This document shows, piece after piece, positions 24,585 through 34,432 of a stretch of 45,421 nt of DNA. The position numbers and the translations under genes were made by a program. The number at the start of each line of letters is the position of its first letter. The stretch's first letter is position 1. Under the pieces are notes generated by a model. That model did no database searches, was not told the DNA's origin, and was given only the letters and a program-made list of their open reading frames with translations. The stretch is from Sandaracinaceae bacterium (GTDB taxonomy: Bacteria; Myxococcota_A; Polyangia; Polyangiales; JADJQN01), in assembly GCA_947483975.1 (NCBI GenBank), contig CANKOL010000002.1, positions 1 through 45,421 of the forward strand, given 5' to 3'.

Positions 24585-25990
24585 GACGCGCCCCCCGCCG
24601 AGCCCACGACGCCCGAGCGCGGCGCGCTGTCGACGTCGGCTGCGACGTGCTCTTCGACGATGTCCGCGCCGAGCGCGCGCAAGGTCGCGGCAAAACCAGG
24701 GAAGCTCGTGTCTACACAGTCCACGTCGTCCACGATCGTCTCGCCCTCCGCGCGCAACGCGAGCACCGCCGCCGACATCGCGATGCGATGATCGCCGCCG
24801 CTCCGCACGTGCGCTGCCTTCAGCCTCGCGCCGCCCTCGATGCGCAGCCCGTCCTCCAGCTCTTCGCACGCCACGCCGAACGCGCGCAGCACCAGCGTCA
24901 TCGTCGCGATGCGATCGCTCTCCTTCACGCGCAGCTCCTCGGCGTCGCGGATCTCGGTGCGACCGCGCGCGCCCGCCGCCATCGCCGCGAACGCGGGCAC
25001 CTCGTCGATCATGCGAGTGACGAGCTCTCCGCCGGTGCGCGTTCCGACGAGCGACACGCTGCGCTCGACGAGGACGTCAGCGAGCGGCTCGTCGCCGGCC
25101 GCGTCGCCTTGCGGGAGCAGGTACGCGCTCGAGCCCATCGCGCGCAGCACGTCGAAGAAGCCCGTTCGCGTCGGGTTCACGCAGACGCTCTTCACCGTGA
25201 TCTCGCTCTTGGGGACGAGGTGCGCGGCGGCGAGGAAGAACGCCGCGCTCGACGGATCGCCCGGCACTTCCCACTCGAACGGGTCCCAGCCTCCGCGCCA
25301 CTCGCTCGGGTCGAGCACGACCATCGGACCGAGGCGCTCGAGCGGCACACCGAGCGCGCGGAGCATTCGCTCGGTGTGATCGCGAGAGAGCACGGGCTCG
25401 CGGATCGCCGTCAGCCCGCGCGCGTACAGCCCGGAGAGCAGCAGCGCGGTCTTCACCTGCGCGCTCGCGACGCCCATCTCGTGCTCCAGCCCGATCAGGT
25501 GCTCGTGCTCGAGCAGCGGCGCCACGGAGAGCGGCGCGTAGAGGTCCTGGCTCTCGAGCCGGACCGTGCCCGCGATCAGCCCGCCGCGCGCGCGGAGCGG
25601 CTCGATCAGGCGCTTCATCGGGCGGCGAGAGAGCGACGCGTCCCCGACGAGGCGCGTGCCGAAGCGCTGCGCGACGAGGAGCCCCGCGAGCAGGCGCATC
25701 GTGGTCCCGCTGTTGCCGCAGTCGAGCTGTCCGGGCGGGATGCGCAGCCCACGCAGACCGACGCCGCCGACGCGCGCGGTGCTGCCCTCGCGCTCGATCG
25801 CGACGCCCATCTCGCGCAGGGCGTCGGCGGTCGCCAGGTTGTCGAGCCCGCCCGAGAGCCCACGGACGACGCAGTCGCCCTCCGCGAGCGCCGCGAAGAT
25901 CAGCGCGCGATGACCGATCGACTTGTCGCCGGGGACGCTCACCTCCCCACGCAGCGGGGAGGTCGCGGTCCGAACGCGCCAGCGCTTCAT
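24581..25990 (-). CDS. aroA: 3-phosphoshikimate 1-carboxyvinyltransferase (EPSP synthase)
   Basis: GEVSVPGDKSIGHRALIFAALA N-terminus, GNSGTTMRLL motif, and a length and domain pattern typical of AroA. Confidence 0.95.
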   Translation of the reverse strand: MKRWRVRTATSPLRGEVSVPGDKSIGHRALIFAALAEGDCVVRGLSGGLDNLATADALREMGVAIEREGSTARVGGVGLRGLRIPPGQLDCGNSGTTMRLLAGLLVAQRFGTRLVGDASLSRRPMKRLIEPLRARGGLIAGTVRLESQDLYAPLSVAPLLEHEHLIGLEHEMGVASAQVKTALLLSGLYARGLTAIREPVLSRDHTERMLRALGVPLERLGPMVVLDPSEWRGGWDPFEWEVPGDPSSAAFFLAAAHLVPKSEITVKSVCVNPTRTGFFDVLRAMGSSAYLLPQGDAAGDEPLADVLVERSVSLVGTRTGGELVTRMIDEVPAFAAMAAGARGRTEIRDAEELRVKESDRIATMTLVLRAFGVACEELEDGLRIEGGARLKAAHVRSGGDHRIAMSAAVLALRAEGETIVDDVDCVDTSFPGFAATLRALGADIVEEHVAADVDSAPRSGVVGSAGGAS

Positions 25991-27066
25991 CAGCGGGCTG
26001 CGCTCTGCGAGAGTGAGGCCAAACGAGCGTCGCGCGAGGGCGACTCGCGCTCGGAGAGGGCGGAGCCGAGTAGCTCTCCGTAGCGCTGCAAGAGCGAGCG
26101 CGTCTCCTCGTCGGTGGTCGAGGCGCGGACGTCGATGCGCGCCCCGGTCGCCCGCACGTCGATGCGGCGCAGGATGTCCGAGAGGCCCATCAGCGCGACC
26201 ATCGGGTTGGAGGCATAGCTCGACACGATGCCGCGGAGCGCGTCCTCGGCGCGCGCGGCGGCGTCCGCGGAGGTCATGTCGGCGGTCAGGTCGATGACGA
26301 GACCGTTCGTGGCGTCGACGCGCGCGGCGAGGTAGTCGGCGTCGGCGAGCAGGCTGAGCGGGGCCCCTTCGTTCGCGAGCATGGCGCGCACGCGCTGGGG
26401 AAGGTGCGCGACGATCGCCGCCGGTGCCCCCGTCGAGAAGTGGACGCGCTCGGCCGTCGTGCGTAGGCGCGCGTCGCCGAGCGGGTCACCCTGCGTCGTG
26501 CCTTCGACGCGCTCGAGCAGCCCCTCGAGCCCGCCGTCGACGCTGATCACCCAGGTCTTGGCGTCGAGGCGGACGAACGCGCCGTCGTCGCCGGAGTGCC
26601 AGATCTCGGCGTGCCGCTTCGTCTCGTGGGCGCCCGACGGGTGCTCCTCGACGAGCGCGCGGCGCATCGCCGACTCGACGCCCGCCCCGCGCAGCACGGC
26701 GAGCACCTCGACGTCGCCGTGCCCAGCCCCGTCGCGCGCGCTCAGCCACACCTCGTCGGTGCCGGAGAGGAGCAGCCCGACCGACTGCGCGGCTTCGTCG
26801 CTCTGGTCGCGGGTCTGAGAGCGGAAGATCGTCTCGACGAGCGAGAAATAGGGCGAGGCACGCAGCTGACGGCCATCGAGATGGGCGACGAGGAACGCGT
26901 CGCGCGGCAGCAGCGCGAGCGGCGAGCGCTCCCAGGCGGGGCGCGCGTTCTGGGGCGGAACGGTCGTCTCACCACCTCCGGTCGTCGTCGCTCCGCCTCC
27001 GCAGCCGGCGAGCGCGAACACGAAGAGGCCGAGAAGGAGGGAGGGGAGCCGATGGGCGTGCGTCAT
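25990..27066 (-). CDS. Hypothetical lipoprotein (358 aa) embedded in the aromatic amino acid operon
   Basis: Lipobox FALAGC followed by a Gly/Thr linker. I recognise no enzymatic motif. It starts 11 nt after the hisC stop, and its own stop overlaps the aroA ATG (TGATG). Confidence 0.75.
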   Translation of the reverse strand: MTHAHRLPSLLLGLFVFALAGCGGGATTTGGGETTVPPQNARPAWERSPLALLPRDAFLVAHLDGRQLRASPYFSLVETIFRSQTRDQSDEAAQSVGLLLSGTDEVWLSARDGAGHGDVEVLAVLRGAGVESAMRRALVEEHPSGAHETKRHAEIWHSGDDGAFVRLDAKTWVISVDGGLEGLLERVEGTTQGDPLGDARLRTTAERVHFSTGAPAAIVAHLPQRVRAMLANEGAPLSLLADADYLAARVDATNGLVIDLTADMTSADAAARAEDALRGIVSSYASNPMVALMGLSDILRRIDVRATGARIDVRASTTDEETRSLLQRYGELLGSALSERESPSRDARLASLSQSAAR

Positions 27067-27077
27067 CGCGCGCAGTT

Positions 27078-28163
27078 TTACGCTAGCTCACGCACCGCGG
27101 CGAGGAGTCGATCGTTCTCCTCCGGGAGGCCGATCGAGATTCGCAGCCAACTGGCGATCGGGGGCGGCATCGGGCGGACGATCACGCCCTTGCGGAGCAG
27201 CCTCTCGTAGACCTCCCTGCCCGGCGCGGCGAAGTTCACGAGCACGAAGTTCGCTTGGCTCGGCGCGACCGCGTAGCCCAACGCCGCGAGCGCGGCGCTC
27301 ATGCGGGCGCGCTCGTTGCGGTTCATCGCGACGTAGCGCGCGACGTGCTCCTGATCATCGAGCGCGACGCGGGCTGCCACCTGCCCGAGCGCGTTCGTGT
27401 TGAACGGCGCGCGCACGCGGTTGAGGTAGTCGACGATCGCGGGCGTCCCGATGCCGTAGCCGACGCGCGCTCCGGCGAGGCCGTACGCCTTGGAGAAAGT
27501 GCGCAGGACGAGCAATCGCTCGCGAACCCCGCGAAGCGTGAGCGCGCTCGCGAAGTCGGGCGCGTCAGCGAACTCGACGTACGCCTCGTCGAGCACCGCG
27601 AGCACGCGCGGGGGCAGCGCGCTCAGCAGCCGCGTCAGCTCGGAGACGGGGAGGTGCGCGCCCGTCGGGTTGTTGGGGTTCGCGAGGAAGAGCAGGCGCG
27701 TCTCGGGGCGCACGGCGGCGAGCATCGCGTCGACGTCCCAGGACAGGTTGTCGCGGAGCGTGACCTCGGTGAAGTCGACGTTCGCGGCGAGCAGTCCGAG
27801 CCGGTAGCAGACGAACGAGGGGTTCCCGAGGACGGCGTGCTCCCCCGGCGCGGCGAACGTGCGGCACACGAGATCGATCAGCTCGTTGGAGCCGTTGCCG
27901 ACGACGAAGTCGTCCATCGGGAGGCCGTGGTGCGCGGCGAGCGCCTCGCGGAGCGCGTGCGTCGCGGCGTCTGGATAGCGACCGAGCGTCGGCCCGAGCT
28001 TGGAGAGCGCCTCGATCACGCGGGGCGACGCGCCCATCGGGTTCTCGTTGGAGGCGAGCTTGAGCGCGTTCTTGACCCCGAGCTCGCGCTCGAGCTCCTC
28101 GACGGGCTTGCCCGGCACGTAGGGGACGAGCCGTTCGATGTAGGGCGGGACGAGTCGGTCCAT
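27078..28163 (-). CDS. hisC: Histidinol-phosphate / aromatic aminotransferase (class II PLP enzyme)
   Basis: LASNENPMG, NPNNPTG and the FSKAYGLAGARVGY PLP-lysine motif. Confidence 0.92.
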   Translation of the reverse strand: MDRLVPPYIERLVPYVPGKPVEELERELGVKNALKLASNENPMGASPRVIEALSKLGPTLGRYPDAATHALREALAAHHGLPMDDFVVGNGSNELIDLVCRTFAAPGEHAVLGNPSFVCYRLGLLAANVDFTEVTLRDNLSWDVDAMLAAVRPETRLLFLANPNNPTGAHLPVSELTRLLSALPPRVLAVLDEAYVEFADAPDFASALTLRGVRERLLVLRTFSKAYGLAGARVGYGIGTPAIVDYLNRVRAPFNTNALGQVAARVALDDQEHVARYVAMNRNERARMSAALAALGYAVAPSQANFVLVNFAAPGREVYERLLRKGVIVRPMPPPIASWLRISIGLPEENDRLLAAVRELA

Positions 28164-28176
28164 GAATCTCCGGAGC

Positions 28177-29250
28177 TCAGGCGGGGCGCGGGTAGCTGCC
28201 GAGGACCTTCAGCCAGCGGCTCGCGGCGCGTAGTTCTTCCGTGGCGGTGAGCACCGGGCGATCCGTCAGATGCCCGTCGAGCTCGATGAAGAAGACGTAG
28301 CGCCACGGCTCGCCGCGCGCGGGGCGCGACTCGAGGCGCGTGAGGTTCACGCCGCGGTCGGCGAACGGCTTCAGGCCCTTGTAGAGGGCGCCGGGAGAGT
28401 CGTGCAGCGCGACGGCGAGCATCGTGCGATCGGTGCCCGTGCGCGTCGGCAGATCGCCTCCGATGACCGCGTAGCGGACCTCGATGCCGGTCTCGTCCTC
28501 GATGTGCTCTTTGACGAAGCGGAGCGAGAGCTTCTCGGCGATCGTCTGCGTCGCGATGGCGGCCGCGCCGTGGTCCTCGGCCGCGAGCTGCGCGGCGACG
28601 CTCAGCGTCGAGACGTCGATCAAGGTGGCGCGCGGACAGTGGGCGCGCAGCCAGCGCTCACACGCCTGATGAGCCGACGCCGTGAGGTAGATCTTGTCGA
28701 AGTCGGCGGCGTTCCCCGTGCGCGAGACGAGGTGAAAGCTCACCGGCACCGTGAGCTCGGCGCAGATCTTCACGTCGCTCGAGGCGAGCGCGTCGAGCGT
28801 CGCCGACACCGCGCCGTCGCTCGAGGTCTCGAGCGCGATGACGCCGAAGCTCGCCTCGCCGCGAGCGACCTCGTCGACGACCGACGCGACCTCGTCGAGC
28901 GCGACGAGCTGCGCGGACGCGCCGAAGTGCTTTCGCGCGGCCTCGTGCGCGCGCCCGCCTTCGGGACCCGCGTAGGTGATCCGCACGGGGCGCACCATCG
29001 CGTCACACGCCGAGAGCACCTCGCGCAGCACGTACTCGATGCCGTGCTCGGGGAACTCGCGCACGCGCTCGCGCAGGTGGCCCAAGACCTCTGCGCTGCG
29101 GGCGAGCGTGTAGTAGCCGTCGGGGTTACGCGTGCGGAGCGCGATGAAGGATTTGACCGCGCGGGCGCGGGCGTCGAGCGCCGACGCGAGGGCGTCGTCG
29201 GCCTCCTCTACTGCAGTGCGAATACGCGAGAGCTCGTCCTGGTCGCTCAT
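28177..29250 (-). CDS. pheA: Bifunctional chorismate mutase / prephenate dehydratase (P-protein)
   Basis: N-terminal CM helix (LSRIRTAVEEADDALASALDARA), a PDT core (ITYAGPEGGRAHEAA) and an ACT domain with NLTRLESRPA...WRYVFFIELDGH. Confidence 0.92.
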   Translation of the reverse strand: MSDQDELSRIRTAVEEADDALASALDARARAVKSFIALRTRNPDGYYTLARSAEVLGHLRERVREFPEHGIEYVLREVLSACDAMVRPVRITYAGPEGGRAHEAARKHFGASAQLVALDEVASVVDEVARGEASFGVIALETSSDGAVSATLDALASSDVKICAELTVPVSFHLVSRTGNAADFDKIYLTASAHQACERWLRAHCPRATLIDVSTLSVAAQLAAEDHGAAAIATQTIAEKLSLRFVKEHIEDETGIEVRYAVIGGDLPTRTGTDRTMLAVALHDSPGALYKGLKPFADRGVNLTRLESRPARGEPWRYVFFIELDGHLTDRPVLTATEELRAASRWLKVLGSYPRPA

Positions 29251-29317
29251 CGGGCCGGGATGCTATCAGCTGCGCTTGCGGAGGGCACTCGGGATCGCGC
29301 GCCCGCGCCCATGGAAT

Positions 29318-32008
29318 CTAGGGCAGCTTCTTGCGCAGCGCGGCCAGCGCGACGAGCGCGTCGAGCGGAGTCAGCCGCTCGATCTCGAGCGCGCGCAGCT
29401 CTCGCTCGACCGCGCTCTCCGGCGCAGGAGCCGCGCTCGGGGCGACGCCGCCGAACAGGTCGAGCTGCGCCCTGCCCGCTTCGTCGCGCGGTCGAACGCT
29501 CGCGTGCCCGCCGGACGGCAGCGCGGCGCCGAGCTCGAGCGCGCCGAGGATCGCCTTCGCCCGCGCGAGGACCTTCTCAGGGACGCCCGCGAGGCGCGCG
29601 ACCGCGACGCCGTAGCTCTTGCTCGCCGCGCCCCGCACGAGCTCGTGAAGGAACACGACCTCGCCGCGATATTCGCGGGCCGCGACGTTGAAGTTCACGA
29701 CGCCGGGGCGCGTGCTCTCGAGCTCGCAGAGCTCGTGATAGTGCGTCGCGAACATCGCGCGGCAGCCGACGCCGTCGTGCAGCTGCTCGGCGACGGCCCA
29801 CGCGATCGCGAGGCCGTCGTAGGTGCTCGTGCCGCGCCCGATCTCGTCGAGCACGACGAGCGAGCGACGCGTCGCGCCGAGGAGGATCGCCGCCGTCTCC
29901 TTCATCTCGACCATGAACGTGCTCTGACCGCCCGAGAGGTTGTCGCTCGCGCCGACGCGCGTGTAGACGCGGTCGACGACGCCGACCTGCGCGCTCTTCG
30001 CGGGGACGAACGCGCCCGCCTGCGCGAGGATCACGGCGAGCGCCGTCTGCCGCATCGCCGTGGACTTGCCGGCCATGTTCGGGCCGGTGACGATCATCAT
30101 CCGCTCGCCAGCGGAGTCGAGGCGCACATCGTTCGGCACGAACGCGCCCGCCGCCGCGAGGCGCTCGACGACCGGGTGCCGCAGCCCGCGCAGGTCGAGC
30201 ACCGAGCCGTCGTCGATGCTCGGACGCACGTAGCCGAAGCGATGCGCGACCTCCGCGAGCGCAGCGTGCACGTCGAGGTCCGCGAGCCGCGCCGCGAGCC
30301 CGTGCAGGCGATGCGAGTGCTGCGCGACGCGCGCGCGCAGCTCCTCGAAGAGCTCGCCCTCGAGCCCTTGGAGGCGCTCGTCGGCGTTGAGGATCTTCAC
30401 CTGCAGGTCGTCGAGCTCCTGCGTCGTGAAGCGCTCGGCGCCGGCGACCGTCTGCTTGCGCCGGTAGTCGGCGGGCACCTGCGCGAGGTTTCGCTTGGTG
30501 ACCTCGAGGTAGTAGCCGAACACGCGCGTGAAGCGGATCTTCAGCGACGCGATGCCGGTGCGCTGACGCTCGCGCTGCTCGAGCGCGAGGAGCACATCCT
30601 TGCCCGATGACGACAGCTCGCGAAGCTCGTCGATGCGCGCGTCGAGCTTGTCGCGGAAGATGCCGCCCTCACGCGGGGAGATCGGCGGCGAGTCGCAGAG
30701 CGCTGTCGCGAGCTCGTCCGCGACCTCCTCGCAGAGGTCGTCCGGCAGACACGGTCCGAGCCCATCGGCGAGCGCGCGCTCGCGCCGCCGCAGGCGCTCG
30801 ACGACGCTCCGCGCCGCGGCGAGCCCATCCCGGAGCGCCCCGAGATCGCGCGGGGTCGCGACGCCGAGCGCCGCGCGCGTCGCGAGCCGCTCGAGGTCGC
30901 CCGTCGCGGCGAGCCCTTCGCGCACCTCGTCGCGCAGCAGCCGGTCGAGCACGAACGCCTCGACCGCGTCGTGCCGCCTGCGGATCGAGGGAATCTCCGT
31001 CAGCGGCGCGAGCAACCGACGCCGCAGGAGCCGCGCGCCCATCGCCGTGCGCGTCTCGTCGAGGAGATGCAGCAGCGAGCCGCGCTTCTCGCCCGAGAGC
31101 GTGCGCACGAGCTCGAGGTTGCGCACCGCCGCCTCGTCGAGGACGAGCTGCGCGCTCGGGTCGTACGCGAGCACATCGGCGACGGCGAGCGTCACGCCGT
31201 GCTGCGCGTCGAGCGCGTAAGCGAGCGCGCCTGCCGCCGCCGCGGCGGCCTCGGGGGCGAGCCGCACGACGAGCGCGCGGGCGGTCTCGGCGCCGAACGC
31301 CGTCTCGAGCGTACGCTTCACGTCGGGCGCAGGAACCTCGCGGAGCGCGGCGCGGGGCAACGCGCGCGACAGTGTGTCGAGGAGCGGCTCGTCGCCTGCG
31401 GGCACGAGCAGCTCGCGCGGATCGAGGCGCACGAGCTCGGCGAGCAAGAGCGCGAGGTCCGCGACGACGCACGCCCGCGCCTCCGAGGTCGTGAGCTCGA
31501 GCGTCGCCAGGCCGAGCGCGGTGCCGCCCGCCCGCGCGACGCACGCGAGGTAGTTGTGCGCGCGCGCGTCGAGCGCGTCGGGGTCGAGGACGAGCCCCGG
31601 CGTGATCACGCGCACGACCTCGCGCGGCACGAGCCCTTTGACCTTCGACGGGTCGACCATCTGCTCGCAGATGGCGACGCGCTGCCCCTTCTCGAGCAGG
31701 CGCGCGATGTAGCCCGCCGCCGCGTGATGCGGCACGCCGGCCATCGGGATCGCCTCGCCGACGGGCCCCTTGCTGCGCGAGGTCAGCGTCAGATCGAGCA
31801 GCTGCGAGGCGATGACGGCGTCCTCGTAGAAGAGCTCGTAGAAGTCGCCCATGCGAAAGAAGAGCAGCGCGTCCGGGTGCTGATCTTTCGCGCGGAAGAA
31901 CTGCAACATGACGGGGCTGTGCCGGCCCGTCTTGGCCGACGAGCCCTTCTCCGCGGCGCCCTTTGGGCCAGCGCCCTCGTCGGCCGTGCCCTCGTCGACC
32001 CGCGCCAT
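29318..32008 (-). CDS. mutS: DNA mismatch repair protein MutS
   Basis: SPVMLQFFRAKDQHPDALLFFRMGDFYELFYEDA mismatch-binding N-terminus, GPNMAGKST Walker A, STFMVEM and DEIGRGTSTYDG motifs. Confidence 0.96.
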   Translation of the reverse strand: MARVDEGTADEGAGPKGAAEKGSSAKTGRHSPVMLQFFRAKDQHPDALLFFRMGDFYELFYEDAVIASQLLDLTLTSRSKGPVGEAIPMAGVPHHAAAGYIARLLEKGQRVAICEQMVDPSKVKGLVPREVVRVITPGLVLDPDALDARAHNYLACVARAGGTALGLATLELTTSEARACVVADLALLLAELVRLDPRELLVPAGDEPLLDTLSRALPRAALREVPAPDVKRTLETAFGAETARALVVRLAPEAAAAAAGALAYALDAQHGVTLAVADVLAYDPSAQLVLDEAAVRNLELVRTLSGEKRGSLLHLLDETRTAMGARLLRRRLLAPLTEIPSIRRRHDAVEAFVLDRLLRDEVREGLAATGDLERLATRAALGVATPRDLGALRDGLAAARSVVERLRRRERALADGLGPCLPDDLCEEVADELATALCDSPPISPREGGIFRDKLDARIDELRELSSSGKDVLLALEQRERQRTGIASLKIRFTRVFGYYLEVTKRNLAQVPADYRRKQTVAGAERFTTQELDDLQVKILNADERLQGLEGELFEELRARVAQHSHRLHGLAARLADLDVHAALAEVAHRFGYVRPSIDDGSVLDLRGLRHPVVERLAAAGAFVPNDVRLDSAGERMMIVTGPNMAGKSTAMRQTALAVILAQAGAFVPAKSAQVGVVDRVYTRVGASDNLSGGQSTFMVEMKETAAILLGATRRSLVVLDEIGRGTSTYDGLAIAWAVAEQLHDGVGCRAMFATHYHELCELESTRPGVVNFNVAAREYRGEVVFLHELVRGAASKSYGVAVARLAGVPEKVLARAKAILGALELGAALPSGGHASVRPRDEAGRAQLDLFGGVAPSAAPAPESAVERELRALEIERLTPLDALVALAALRKKLP

Positions 32009-32011
32009 GCG

Positions 32012-34432
32012 CTACTGGAAGAAGCGCTCGGTGCTGACGTTGTCGATCGAGATCCGCGCGAGCGCCGCGCGCCCCGCATCGACGGCGTAGAGCTTGTTCT
32101 CGACCGACGAGTAGAAGAGCTCGACCGGGATGCTGCCCGACAGCGAGCCCGGCGTGAGGTCGATGCCGAGGCCGGCGGGGAGCCCACCGAGGTCGAGCGT
32201 CAGCGTCATCCCGCGCGTCGCGGGGACGGCCGGGTCCTCGGTGATCTGGAACGCGAGCGCGCGGCTCACGAACGGCGTGTTCGAGTACGCGCGGAAGCCG
32301 AGGCCGGCGTTCTCGGGTGCGGGCGTCGGCACGCGGCAGCTGCCCAGGGCGCTCGCCTGCGCGCGGACGAGACCGGAGTACGCCCCGCGGACGACCCAGC
32401 TGCCGCGCGAGCGAACGTCGAAGGTGACGAGCTCGGGGAAGCAAGTGGCGACGAAGTCGCGCGTGTAGGCGCCGTCGAGCGTGGTCGGGCCGATCGTCAG
32501 CACGCCTGCGGCGTCGGCGTCGACGACCTCGAAGGCCACGACGACGCGCGCGGTCGTCGCGGGGTCGGTCGCGACGAGGCTCGCGCAGTCCGGGTGCGAG
32601 TGGAGCGTGCCTGGAGGGAGGTCGCCGGTGAGCACGAGCTGGTCGCCCTGCGCGACGCCCGGCAGCCCGGTCACCAGGCCCGCCGCGCCGACCGTCCCGA
32701 GGACGCCCGCCCGGCAGAAATCAGTCTCACCGGCGATGAAGCTCGGACCGTCGAAGCGCCCCGCCGCGCCAGAGAAGATCGTGCCCTCGTAGGTCGCGAC
32801 CCAGCGCTCTTGCGTGGCCGCCCAAGGGTCGCCGACGGCGCAGACGAGCGCCGCGGCGTCGGTGCGCGGATACGCCTGCACGAACGACGGGCCGAGCGGC
32901 GCGCAGTCGGTCAGGGGCGCGAGGTCGGGCACGGAGCTCGACGCTGCCTGCCCATCCTCGCCGATGGCGTACGGGACGGCGGCGACGCTGAGCGTCGGCG
33001 AGCCGATGACGCCGACCTCGGTGCTGACCGTGACGCCGATGCGCGGGCGATGCCGGCGGATGTAGACGACCGAGTCGTTGCTCGCCGCCGTCGTCGTCTC
33101 CGAGCAGAGCCCGGCGCTCCCGCGGCACGCCGCGTCCCGGTCGTACACGTCGACGAAGCGCACGGTGCCATCGGTGAGCGAGGCGACGAGGAAGACGCCG
33201 TGCAGGCGCGCGGGGCCGTTCGACTCCGGGGTGAGGTTCTCCCCGACGCAGAACGGGTTCGGCGACGCCGGATCGTAGTCGCGCGACGCGATCATCGTGA
33301 GCGAGGTCGCCGGCGCCGCGAAGGTGATGCGGTCCTGGGCGCGCGCGGTCGGGATCTCGATGGAGAGCGGCTGCCCGTTCGGGAACGCCGCCGAGTCGCT
33401 GAGGTCCATGACGGCGACGGCGCCGGTGTCGTCGAGCGCGTAGAGGTAGCGGCGATCGGCGACCGTACCGTCCACCGTGCTCGGCACGCGCGGCGTCAGC
33501 GCGAGGTCGTGCACCGGCGTCCCGATGGCGAGCGGCGGGGCTTCCGCGCCGAGCCCTGCGAGCGCGTCGATACCGAAGCGATGCACGGTCGGCAGCGCGG
33601 CGTCGCCGACGAGCAGCTCGTGCGCCTCCTCGTCGATGAGGAGCGCGACCGGATACGGCGCCGTCCCGTCGCTGCGCGCCTCACGCGCAGGGGCGCTCGT
33701 CGGGAGCGCGAGCGCGGCCGTCGTGCACTCCCGGTGATAGAGCGGGGTCTCGGGCTCAGGGGCGAGGGGCTCAGGCACATCGGCGGCGAGGGGGATGTCG
33801 CGCGCGCTCGCGTGATCGAGGTGTCCATCGGCCAATATCGGGAACTGCCGCAGCACGCCGAGCGTCGGCAGCGCGACGATGAGGAAGCGCTCGTCGGGAG
33901 TGAGCGCGACCGCGGAAGGGGCGGCGCCGAGCGGCTCCTGCTGCGACTCCGCGCGCGCCGTCGTCGCGGGGGCTCGGAACGCGCTCGCCGCGAAGACCCA
34001 CACATCCTCGGTGCCGGCGTTCGCGACGTAGGTCGTGATCGGGGCGCCCGCGGTGAGCCCGCGGGTCGAGACGAGGTCGACGGGCAGCGCGCCCGCCTCG
34101 ATGAACGTGTAGCCGGGGATGGTCTTGTTCGTGTCGAGGATCGTGTTCGTCCGCAGCTCGACGACGGCGATCTCGCCGCGCCGCGACTGGAGCACGAGCG
34201 CGTGGAGGTCGAGCCCGGCCGGCAGCGTGCTGCTCCCGGGCTCCGTGGGCGCGCAGCGCGCGAGCGGCACCGCGACGGGCGGCGACGCGGTGACGTCGAA
34301 GCAGACGAGCGAGGTGCGCCCTGGGCGATCGAAGCTCTGCGGCGTCGTGACGACGGCCGTCTGCGAGCACGCGGCGCTCCCGACGGCGAGCGCGGCGAGC
34401 AGCGCCGCGCGGCAGGTTCCAGCGTCAGACAT
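32012..34432 (-). CDS. Large hypothetical lipoprotein (806 aa), probably beta-rich/propeller-like
   Basis: Lipobox-like AVGSAAC after MSDAGTCRAALLAALAVGSAAC. There are no catalytic motifs. Its ATG overlaps the upstream TGA (TGATG), and its TAG lies 3 nt before the mutS ATG. Confidence 0.8.
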   Translation of the reverse strand: MSDAGTCRAALLAALAVGSAACSQTAVVTTPQSFDRPGRTSLVCFDVTASPPVAVPLARCAPTEPGSSTLPAGLDLHALVLQSRRGEIAVVELRTNTILDTNKTIPGYTFIEAGALPVDLVSTRGLTAGAPITTYVANAGTEDVWVFAASAFRAPATTARAESQQEPLGAAPSAVALTPDERFLIVALPTLGVLRQFPILADGHLDHASARDIPLAADVPEPLAPEPETPLYHRECTTAALALPTSAPAREARSDGTAPYPVALLIDEEAHELLVGDAALPTVHRFGIDALAGLGAEAPPLAIGTPVHDLALTPRVPSTVDGTVADRRYLYALDDTGAVAVMDLSDSAAFPNGQPLSIEIPTARAQDRITFAAPATSLTMIASRDYDPASPNPFCVGENLTPESNGPARLHGVFLVASLTDGTVRFVDVYDRDAACRGSAGLCSETTTAASNDSVVYIRRHRPRIGVTVSTEVGVIGSPTLSVAAVPYAIGEDGQAASSSVPDLAPLTDCAPLGPSFVQAYPRTDAAALVCAVGDPWAATQERWVATYEGTIFSGAAGRFDGPSFIAGETDFCRAGVLGTVGAAGLVTGLPGVAQGDQLVLTGDLPPGTLHSHPDCASLVATDPATTARVVVAFEVVDADAAGVLTIGPTTLDGAYTRDFVATCFPELVTFDVRSRGSWVVRGAYSGLVRAQASALGSCRVPTPAPENAGLGFRAYSNTPFVSRALAFQITEDPAVPATRGMTLTLDLGGLPAGLGIDLTPGSLSGSIPVELFYSSVENKLYAVDAGRAALARISIDNVSTERFFQ

